Below, piece after piece: positions 12,201-22,219 of a DNA stretch of 64,000 nucleotides (its first letter is position 1; every line of letters begins with the position of its first letter). A program made the position numbers and the translations under genes. The stretch comes from Utricularia gibba. Its lineage: Eukaryota; Plantae; Magnoliophyta. The notes below the pieces were generated by a model. That model saw only the letters and a list, made by a program, of their open reading frames with translations. It was not told the origin of the DNA and did not search any database. The DNA is taken from the NCBI GenBank assembly GCA_002189035.1, contig CM007990.1, positions 4,340,001-4,404,000 on the forward strand, given 5' to 3'.

Positions 12201-12609
12201 ATGGCGGCTTCCTTTAGAACTCTCCTTCTCTTCACCTCCACGATCCTGGCGGTGCTCGCAATCGGGAACTCCTGTTACTTGGGTTGCAGCAACAACCCCC
12301 GCGTCCGACTCCGACTCCGACTCCCACTACGACGCCGTTTCGCCCCAGCGGGAGTTGCCCTAGGGACGCCCTGAAACTGGGGGTTTGCGCGAAGCTCCTG
12401 AACACGACGATCGGAACGGAGATCGGTGACCCCCCGACCACCCCTGCTGCTCGGCCCTGGGCGGGCTGTTGGATCTGGAGGTGGCGGCGTGCCTCTGCAC
12501 CGCATTGAAAGCGAACATTCTCGGAATCGACGTCGACATCCGGATCTCGCTCAGCCTGCTCGTCAACACCTGCGGGAAGACGATTCCCAAGGACTACACA
12601 TGTGCTTAG
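12201..12609 (+). CDS. Hybrid proline-rich protein (14 kDa DC2.15/AZI1-like, 8-cysteine motif) with two -1 frameshifts as assembled
   Basis: Signal peptide MAASFRTLLLF..., a PT repeat, CPRDALKLGVCAKLL, then CCSALGGLLDLEVAACLCTALKANILGI...LSLLVNTCGK...YTCA*. The parts join only if one C is added at 12296-12300 and one at 12441-12444. Confidence 0.9.
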
Positions 12610-13419
12610 TTTCTTAATCCCAATCCCGCCGCCTGCTTCCCGCAATCCAGCCCCTCGGCGGCCGCCTGCCTCCACCGCCGTTCCGCCTTTCTGGGGATTC
12701 ATCTCTGTGTTCTGTTACACTTCGTTGTACGTACGCCCATCACTGAAAATGAACTCTTATAGCTTTGATGCTGCTTTTGGCGTAGGGGTGAGGGCCCACA
12801 AGCATAACCATCTCATTTAATAACTTGGATTAAGAAGGATTCTTTTTCCCTCATACCAATAATGACTCCATTTTTTTAATATTATCCCAGAAATTAATTT
12901 GAATAATATTTTTTTAAAATTTTTATTTAATATTATTTATCAACAAATATATATAGTCAAAAAGTTTGTAATAATATCTCATATTAATTATAAACGCAAG
13001 AATAAATGTATTTAAATATAGAGTAATCCTAATTTTATATGAACTATTTTCATTAAAAAATAACTTAAAATCATAAAAATTAAATATTCAAAATAAATAA
13101 TATCATGTAAGATATATCATGATATTAATTTATTTATTAAATATATTTGTAAAATACAGTTTAAATATAAATTCGTAAAATATGTTTTATTTATTAAATA
13201 AACTAATAAACGTTACATTTTAAAGATGAAGTGCATTTTAAGTCTAGGAATATATATTATACAATAAAAATAAAAAGAAAAAAAAACAAATGATAGAATC
13301 AATAAGAAAATTAAATTACAAATATTGATCGTGACCGTCAAAACTGAAACTCTAAGGTCGAAACAATTATTGTGTAGCAGTTGCGAGGGACTTTCCCCTG
13401 CAAGAATGGAGGTGGGGGC

Positions 13420-15576
13420 TTAAGCTGCACCCCTTTTGCTCCTGAAGTTCTCTTTCATTGAAGCGAACTTTTTCTTACACTGCACAACTGTTTTCCCAGG
13501 AACAGCGGCGGCGACACGTTCCCATCGTTGGTTGGTGTCCTTGGGGAAGGTTTTGAGGGCTTGAATCAGAGCCTTTTCATGTACCTCAGACCAGAAATCC
13601 CCATCAGTCAAACGTGCGGCACTGCCGTTCTCTGTCTCACTGTGAGCTGAACCGTTGCTCTTGTGAGTATGGCTGGATGAATCAGACAGCTCGGGGTTGC
13701 TGGTGGTTGCATTACCATCATTCCTAGGGTTCTTCATTGACTCCAAATTGGCTCTATACTGATCCACTGTTTTCCCAGGAACTGCAGCTGGGATTTGTTC
13801 CTGGGATCTTGCGGTTTCCTGAGCTGCTGTCCATGTAGCTTGATTGGAGTTTGAAGGCATTTGATTAGTGCGTGCACTTTCTTGTTGCAAGGCCGGACTC
13901 TCTGAATTAGGGTGATGGTGTTCATTCACTGTGTGTGAACCTACAGAAGCTCCCAATATTTCACCTCTTGTTGAAAGAGGGGAGTCGATTTTTTGTGCTG
14001 GCTTCCTTTTCTCAAGGAAGGAGTCAAAAACTTTGGTGGAATCCGGCTTCTGAAGAAGAACTGATTTTGTAGCCTTCAGAATTTCTTCAACAGACCTATT
14101 AGAACCGATGTATTCAGATATTACCTCCCACCGGCGAGAGGTTCCCTTGGGATATTTCTGCAGTCCTTTCCGCAGCAACTCAATCTCTTCTTTGTTCCAT
14201 GGTGTTTCTGATTTTTGGGGACCAGAAAATGCGGCTTCCTTTTTCATGGGTGTTGAGCCATTCTGCTGTGAGTTCAAGTCTTCTCTGCTTGGTTGCTTAT
14301 CATGAACAAGCTTTTCCATGAGGACTTTGGCCATCTCTGACGCTTCTTTTCCTTCCATCCGATCACATAAACTCATGAGCTGGTCTTTATCCAGGGAAGA
14401 ACACAAGTTCTCCACATCATCATCAACTATACCAAGCAACTTCTGAGAAAAGATGGGACTAGCAAGTGCTCGAAGACGACTTCTCTCTTTTCGGAGTAGC
14501 TTTTTCTCTTTTTCTTTCAACTTCTTCTGATTTGAAGCAGCTTCAGCTGCTCTCTTTTCCTCCTCCTCCCTTCGAAGCTTTTCCTCATTAGCAATCCTAG
14601 CCGCTTCTTCTTCAAGCAATCTTTTAGCCTGAAGCTTTGCTTCCTTCTTCCTCTGCTTATCAGCTTTCTGTTCTTCTTTTCGCCTCAAAATTCGTGGATC
14701 TCTTTTATAAGCATTATCAACAAGAGTGCGTAAGCGTGCATATTCTTCCTTTCTAGATTTCTCGGATAGTTTTGCATTTTGCCTTTCCATCCACCTTTTA
14801 TGATCACGGGACTCAGCTTGCTCAAGGTCAAACTCATCAGCATGAGGGAATTCCCTCCAACTCTTAAAATTATACCAGAAATCATAAAAGCTATCAACTA
14901 CTTCAATGGGGGTATTATCATCCCCCAACATAGGAACCGGCTGGTTGACAGACCAACGTCCATTCCTCAAAAATGCTGGTCCAAAAATCTTAAAGAAATC
15001 CACTGGGTCACAATCATGGGGAATTTCATCATCAAACTCGTCTGTGGAGTCATACATTCTTCTTCTCACAGGGTCCATCAGGACCTCATACGCTTCTTTA
15101 ATGGCTTTGAAATCGCTATCTATCTTATCCTTCTTTTCCTGCTTAGCAGCTTCTGTCTCTTCAGCCAGCACAAGAGCACCTTGCTTGTCAGGATGAAGCC
15201 TCAGAGCAGTCTCTCGATAGCTCTTTTTTATCTGATCCTCGGTTGCAAGATATCTCAAATGCCCCAACCCCAAAAGAGTGTAATGATCCTGCTGCTTTGT
15301 TTCACCTGTAGATTTCTTATTCGCTTTGCTACTGTACGAATTAGATGACTGAAAATAAAAGTTTTCTTTCTCAGTAGATACATCCTTCCCCTCATCAACA
15401 GATTTGACATCAACAAAGTAACCCGACAACCTCAAAGCAGCAGAATGAAAAGCATGCCCAGCTGGCTCAAACTTCGTTGCCTTCACCGGAAGGGCATTGG
15501 AGGAAAAAAATATCGGTTCACCATCCACAATTTCCTCCAAATAGCTGATCAGAAGCATTTTTTTACAGTATTGCAT
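13420..15576 (-). CDS. ZRF1: DnaJ subfamily C member 2 / zuotin-related factor (MPP11/ZRF1): J domain, zuotin region and SANT/Myb domains; intronless CDS
   Basis: EPAGHAFHSAAL, J domain DHYTLLGL...LHPDK, FKSWREFP...RWMERQN, SANT domains WNKEEIELLRKGLQKYPKGTSRRWE and WSEVHEKALIQALKTFPK...RWERVAAAVPGKT. First ATG at 15576 gives 718 aa. Confidence 0.96.
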   Translation of the reverse strand: MQYCKKMLLISYLEEIVDGEPIFFSSNALPVKATKFEPAGHAFHSAALRLSGYFVDVKSVDEGKDVSTEKENFYFQSSNSYSSKANKKSTGETKQQDHYTLLGLGHLRYLATEDQIKKSYRETALRLHPDKQGALVLAEETEAAKQEKKDKIDSDFKAIKEAYEVLMDPVRRRMYDSTDEFDDEIPHDCDPVDFFKIFGPAFLRNGRWSVNQPVPMLGDDNTPIEVVDSFYDFWYNFKSWREFPHADEFDLEQAESRDHKRWMERQNAKLSEKSRKEEYARLRTLVDNAYKRDPRILRRKEEQKADKQRKKEAKLQAKRLLEEEAARIANEEKLRREEEEKRAAEAASNQKKLKEKEKKLLRKERSRLRALASPIFSQKLLGIVDDDVENLCSSLDKDQLMSLCDRMEGKEASEMAKVLMEKLVHDKQPSREDLNSQQNGSTPMKKEAAFSGPQKSETPWNKEEIELLRKGLQKYPKGTSRRWEVISEYIGSNRSVEEILKATKSVLLQKPDSTKVFDSFLEKRKPAQKIDSPLSTRGEILGASVGSHTVNEHHHPNSESPALQQESARTNQMPSNSNQATWTAAQETARSQEQIPAAVPGKTVDQYRANLESMKNPRNDGNATTSNPELSDSSSHTHKSNGSAHSETENGSAARLTDGDFWSEVHEKALIQALKTFPKDTNQRWERVAAAVPGKTVVQCKKKFASMKENFRSKRGAA

Positions 15577-16013
15577 AACCAACTCCAATTAAACTCCAGA
15601 ACCACGAAATACGGATCAACGCATCTGCATTACAACAGTAAACAAAGCCTCGTAAGAAAACCGCCCTTGAAATTAACAAACAAACAAAACCAAATCAATT
15701 TAAATCACCAAAGAGGAATGCAAAAACATTACTTTTTCAACAATTCACATGCGATTTGGATGCTTCGCTACACCGAAAGAATCCTATACAGAATATCAAG
15801 AAGAGAGTAGTATATACATACCGTCACCAATAATATAAAAACGGAGAGATTAGAAGTATTGAATCAAATATTCGATCGATACTTGGAGAAGGTCGCCGGA
15901 GCCGGCGCCGCCGCCAAAAAACCAACCGAACTTCGGAAAACTAGTGCAGAAGGGGATATATACAAGGGGAAGCATGTGGTGGCAAGAGGGCAACAGTTTA
16001 AATGAGCTTCTGT

Positions 16014-16072
16014 TGGGCCGGGCCCAATCGAATTATCAATCGATTGTGATCCATTAATCAATCAAACCCTAG
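16014..16072. promoter_or_regulatory. Site II (TGGGCY) pair plus telo-box-like element in the ZRF1/DENND6 divergent promoter
   Basis: TGGGCC at 16014-16019, GGCCCA at 16021-16026 and AAACCCTAG at 16064-16072. This combination is typical of plant translation and growth genes. Confidence 0.6.
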
Positions 16073-17388
16073 AAATTAGGATTACTAAATTTAATTATCC
16101 TATCGATTTATTTGAATATATAGTTATATTTGATATTAAGTGAATTTATAGTTACAAATATCCTGTTGAAAATAAAATAAAATAAAAATTAAGCATCCCA
16201 AAGGTGAAAAGATTTGATTTTTTTTTTTCCAGAAGTTCCGACAGCGAAAGTTGGCCATAGATTCTGAGCTGGGGTTATTCGTTTCTATTCCTCTCTTATG
16301 GGGTATAGGCGCAATTCGGTTAGGATCCAAAGGGCGCCGTAAATTTATCTTGATTTCAATTCCCATAATCAAGGGGATGTACCAATGACGAATGGTGGGT
16401 GCCGAGGCGAAGGACACCTAAGGAAAATATCTCAACTCCTCCTTAGATTCAATCCATGGATCGCTAGCAAATGATTGATTTTTCCTCATAATTCGGTCGG
16501 TTCTAGCCACCTCGTGGATTTTTGGCGCTTGCTTCATTAAAGTTTCAGGTAATTGTTTGTTACCTAAGGCCAACTCGTGGGTAGTGTGGAGTATTATAGC
16601 ATGCCTTCTATTTGAGGATCGTATCTGGGCAATGAATGTTTCTGAATTTGAAGCCCATCACTCTCTAATCTGGTGTTTACTGAGTAAAGTTGATTCCTGT
16701 ACGTCAATGGACACAGCGTTCGAACTACCCCATGTGGATTCTTTTGGTATTCCATTTTGGAATCTTTGGCAGTTTTAAATTTTCTATGGGTGGACGTTTT
16801 AAATGAGTCAATGTATTAGTCATCCTTCAAGATATATTTTTTCGCCTTATTTCCTTAATAAACCGAGTTAAAGGGTATCTCCACCTGGATTGGCATAGTG
16901 GAAACTTATGAAGATAAAAAGCAGCTTTTCATCGCATTTATCAGGTTTAGAGGTATAAGATGCTGTGGGTGAAGTGAAGTGAAGCTAAGGCAGTTAACTA
17001 TGAAGCTTTGTGTGCAGCGAAGCTAATGATGTCCTAGAGATAGAAAGTATTTTGAATGGTTATATAGTAGAGTATGTTATTTTGATTAATCATCAATTGC
17101 CATCCGTCCATGCTGAGAGAAGTAGAAAGGAAGTAACATGATAAACTTAAATTTAGAGGTTTAAGAAACCTCTCATTCGAATTTCCAGGGAGACTTCGGG
17201 GAGAGTCTGTGAGTGTTGTGATGTGTGGTTTACCCGGAAAAGGATTTTTCTTTCTTCTTCTCTTACCAAATGCCTTCTTCATGTTGTCTTTGTTTTATTT
17301 TTTTGTGGATGGTATTGTATTGCTAAACCATTTATGACATGGAATTTTTATAATCCCAACTGATAGCTATCAATTTCTTTGTTCAGAG

Positions 17389-20011
17389 ATGATCCAGTCG
17401 CCTCCATTTTCAGTCACGTCGGAACCTGCATCACAAGTTGATGAAAAGTGTTTACGGCAATGGATCGTCGCATTTTGTATTATTAGATTTGATCTTGAGC
17501 GCGGTCAGGTGATAGAGGAGTGTTATCCAGCTGGCTCTCTTACTGAAAAGGAGGAGCTTGAGGTTTCTTTTAGCTCATTCCCAGATTCAGTGTCACATCA
17601 TCAAAGTCGGTCAAGTATCCATGATTGTTTCTTCTTCTACCGCATTAAGAGACATAATAGTCATCAAAACTTGGGCATGCCATCATCGGAGAATGTTGAA
17701 AAGCATGACAAAATGACTTCAAGAAAGCAAACTGACAGAGATCTTAAGAAGGGTAGACACAGTGGCACATATAACCCAAGATTTTTGTATGGCTTTGTGT
17801 TTAACAGGCAAAGACATGATGAGAGGTTAAAACGAGGAGGTGAACAGAAGTCTGTTGTCATCCTCTCTCACAGTCCGTATACATGTGTGTTTAGACATTT
17901 ACTGCAGATCGTGGGTCCATTGTACTTTGACAATGGAAGCAAGGCCCTTAGTTATATTGCTTCTTATGTCTCCAGATGGCCTGCACCGGTTCCAGGCAAA
18001 GAAGTGGACCTTCTTATTGGAAATGCATCACTTAAAGTGAACCTCCCACCTCCCCACTGCTTGCCATCAGATACTGGAGTATTTGAAGACTCAGCTTCCT
18101 CATTAGCGCCTCTTCTCCCATCAAATCTATCGGTACCACACGGCCTTTTTCATGAATCAGATCTTTTTGGTGCATTTCGCGGACTGTTATCACAGCTCTG
18201 GAGGCTCTGGGAACTTCTCCTCTTAGGTGAACCCATCTTGATCTTTGCACCCTCACCTTCCAACTGCAGTGAAGCTGTTGCTAGTCTTGTCAGTTTGGCT
18301 GCCCCCCTCCTTTTAAGTGTTGATTTCAGACCGTACTTTACTATTCATGACCCAGATTTTGCGAAGTTGAATTCTATTCAACAGGCTTCCTCCTATCCAC
18401 CTATGGTTCTTGGTGTGACAAACTTTATCTTCTTAAGATCACTTCAAAACATGCCTCATATTGTTTCAGTAGGAAGTCCTGCAAAGAACTTTAGTCGCTC
18501 AGTACCACCTTTGCAGTCTTCGGCTGGGTGGGCTCCTGGCCAGGGTGAAGGAATTCAGAAACTTTCTTTAAGGAAGTTTACTCCTAAAAACTTATTGAAT
18601 GCTGTGAAGAAAGATGGGCCTCTTTCTTTGATGAGCGAACACAAAGAAGCTGTATGGTCAAATTATGTTGCTGTCACAAAGCCTGATACATCAATATTGA
18701 ACAGGCTTGTTGATGCTGGGATATCTCCTAGGGTTGAGGAGTCTATGTCAGTAGTAAACAATGACATACTGCGCCGCCATTTTTTGGAGTTGACAACTAA
18801 TTTCTTGGCTCCTTTTGGTCCATATTTTAAAGCAAATACACCTTCTGAGTTGTTGTCTCCATATGTTGATCCACCACCTTTGCCAGCATTTGATGCTGAT
18901 GAGTTCTTATCTAACTTATCAGAAAGAGGTCCTGGAAAATTCTTGCAAAAGAGGATGAGGTCAAGTTGGCTGGATCTTTACAGGTATTAACATTATAGTG
19001 ATCTATGACCATACTCGTTGATGATTTTCTGATGGAAAAATGCATTTTACTGCTATTTCGTTACATAATCTTCTACTGCTAGCATGTTTGCAATTCTAGT
19101 TCTAAACTTGGCCACATTCATGGATGTCTGAAACTTCATCCCCTGGATTGATTTTGTCATTACATCATTGATGAAAGTTTTGGTTTTTCTGTTTCACATG
19201 AACAAGTTTCTGACTTGTCATGTGCTATATTTGTAGATCCCTTTTTAAAGATGCAGTGCTTTGGACAATTATGCAGGCGGTTCTTGAAAGGACACAACTT
19301 TCTTCCATGGTTTCGTAGAAAGCGCGCTGTTGCCGAGAAAGAACAGTACAGGTTATGGAGGCAAGCCAGGCTTAAGATCACCATAAATGACTTCATTAGT
19401 AAAATGTCAGAACTGGAGCTGGTTGACTGCTTCCATGCCATCGAGAGAAATCTTCAAGGCGAAATCCAGGCAAGTTTGTTTTTAAGACATCAAAGATCAT
19501 GATTTTCAGTAAGTGATGTTCCTTGGAGCTTTGATAACACTTATCTCTTAGTTGAAGTCCCTTCTGAAAGAAACTACAGAAACTAAAAAAAACAATGTTG
19601 GAAGTAACAAAGTAATGCGTATCAAAATCCAAATGAAGCTGCTTCTCTAAATGTTGTGCGGATATATATATGTATGCGGCATACTGGTTTATTTTCATGT
19701 AGTGTGTATTGAGACACTATACAAATCTAGTTTCATGTAATAATGTGATACAGGAATGCACCTGCATTGGTATGAATGCTTTTCTTCTTCTTCGATGTAG
19801 ATCTACACCATTCACTTTCTGCTTTTCCTTAGAACTAACGGCAGCTTTTAACACCATGTAGTATGGAGAAGCCAATGAAGATACAGAAGAAGTTTGCAGG
19901 AAGTTGAGGAAAGATCTGCAGTGTGTGTTCAGCCTCCTATCAGAAGACATGCAACAGCTGATGATGATGAACCCTGAAAGGGCTTCTCTTCTACAGCAAA
20001 ACAGTGAATAG
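17389..20011 (+). CDS. DENND6: DENN domain protein 6 (DENND6/FAM116-like Rab GEF), 3 coding exons
   Basis: QWIVAFCIIRFDLERGQ, SFPDSVS, YGFVFNRQRHDERLKRGGEQKSVVILSH, DFRPYFTIHDP, ILRRHFLELTTNFLAPF. Exons 17389-18983, ~19279-19469 and ~19862-20011; the second intron is apparently GC-AG. Confidence 0.92.
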
Positions 20012-20374
20012 AGTGTAATCTTCTTGGCATTCTCCAGCCAGCATAGTTCACATTCTCACAGACATCTCGCGTCGCCTCGACCGGCTTTTCCCGTCTCACC
20101 GGAGCAGCGCTCGCCTGAGGAAATCCTCAAGGAATGCAGTTGTTGGTGCTGATCTGTGGCTAGAGAACGATGCTCTTCCCCTTGATGTGAGCCATGGCTT
20201 CACTGTCCAAAGTTTGGTTGTTCTTGTGGTAACTCGTCATTTGTATGTTGTATGATGGAGGGACGATGATGGAGCCGTTTCAAGAATTTCTATTTGTAAA
20301 ATAATTAAAGTATATTTGATAATTGAATATATAAAATTTATAATTAAGTTTATGTATATATCGTTATTTAATTA

Positions 20375-20396
20375 ATATATATATATATATATATAT
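20375..20396. repeat. (AT)11 microsatellite
   Basis: Read directly. A second tract, (AT)10, lies at 20548-20567. Confidence 0.9.
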
Positions 20397-21554
20397 TTGT
20401 TAATCTTATATAATTATATCAATGACATATTTATTTATTAAGCATATAAATGACATACACAAATAGAATGAAAGATTAATTATATTTATATTAATTATAT
20501 ATTCATATTTTAATTTTGAATATCAAATATTATATATAATTAAATAAATATATATATATATATATATTTAATTGTACTATATTTAAAATATATTAATATC
20601 TTATTATCAAATCACTTCTAATAATTTTAAATTATTTCATATTTATGAAAATATTTTTTATAAAATTTATTAAAATCAACTATACATGTGTTTAGTTGAT
20701 GTAAATCAAATAAAAAAGATTCATACTTCATTTATTTGGATTTAGGTAAAAATTAATTAAACATATTAATTTTTTACATAATATTTAATTATTATAATAT
20801 AAGTTGCAATGAATATATCCAGTCACTTATCCACAAGGATAACATTTCCCATTATCCAAATAAAAAAAGTAATTTTTGTGCAAATAATTATTTATTGACG
20901 TGGGCCCAGGGGCCGCATTTTAGACGGTCCTGGATGCGTCTTTTGATACGTCAGTGATCCGCATGGGCCCCGGCACATCCGTCTTGACCTTACACTCAGT
21001 TTTCGTGGGCCGATGGTGAGTCTAGGCCCATAAACCAATTTAAATTTGTAATTATAAAAGATTATTTTTACTGTTTATACTTTAAAAAATAATTTAAAAA
21101 TAGTTTTCTTATCAAAATCCAAAGACTTTATTAATTGTAATATTTTATTTAATGATATATAGCATGTCCTTGTCCGTGTCCGACTCTGACGTGGGATGGA
21201 TGGGTAGTAAAAAGTAAATTTCATGATTTGCGTGCCATTTGTTTGATAAGACTTTCTTTGTTTTGCGTTACCCAAAAGCTAAGCAACTTCTGCCGGTTGA
21301 GTGTGGGTGTGAATTGCGAAATCCAGAAGCGTCGCTGCTCTTTTTGCTTCTAGATCCTGTGAGCTCAGTCCATTTTCGTTTTTTTCTGAGGTGCGAGCAT
21401 GTCGATTGAGGATTCATTTTGTCTTCTCATGATTCTTTTTTTTTTTCAATCTTTTTTTTTAGTTGTAAGTGTATTTTTTATGCTTCAAAGAAATGCTTGA
21501 AGTCTATGATGTCTGTAATCTTGTTGCTGGAGATTACGCAGGGGAGGGAGAGAG

Positions 21555-22180
21555 ATGAGCTGGAGGAGGGTAGGAAAGTCGTTGCAAGGGGTGGCTGCGC
21601 ACACTTCGCTTTTATGTTTCACGCTTTTTCTCGTTCTGAAGCTCGATCACCTCGTTTCCTACTCTTGGTGGTACGTCTCCCCACAATCGCCGCTCTCATC
21701 TCTTTTTTTTATTCATTTTACGTAATCCGCCATATAGTTTTTTTTGTAATATTTGGGTGCTATGAAACTTCATATTTGGTTCTGGCAGAATACTTTGTGA
21801 AATGTTCTTAGATTTTGGGGAATGGGGTTATACGGATCATCCTTTTTTATTTAACATAGTTTGCTCTAGGAGAGGCTAAGCAATGCCACGGTACATAGGA
21901 AATTAGCACACTTATTTCTCTTCTTACGAGTGTCATCTCTGTATGGCCGGTTAAGCGGGATTCAATGATATTTACGATTTTTCTCACTTTAAATATTGTA
22001 AAATCATAAAATAAAAGTATTTGTGTTTAGAGTTCGAGTGTAAGCCGTGATCAAACCTGCAACTTCTTTATTCGAGTTGTCTTGATGCACCAAAAGCTCA
22101 TTTTTTAAACTTCAAATGTTAAATGAGTGCAGTGTGAGAAAATGGCGAATGATTATGACACGGTGATCCTGATATATTTA

Positions 22181-22219
<39 letters not shown>

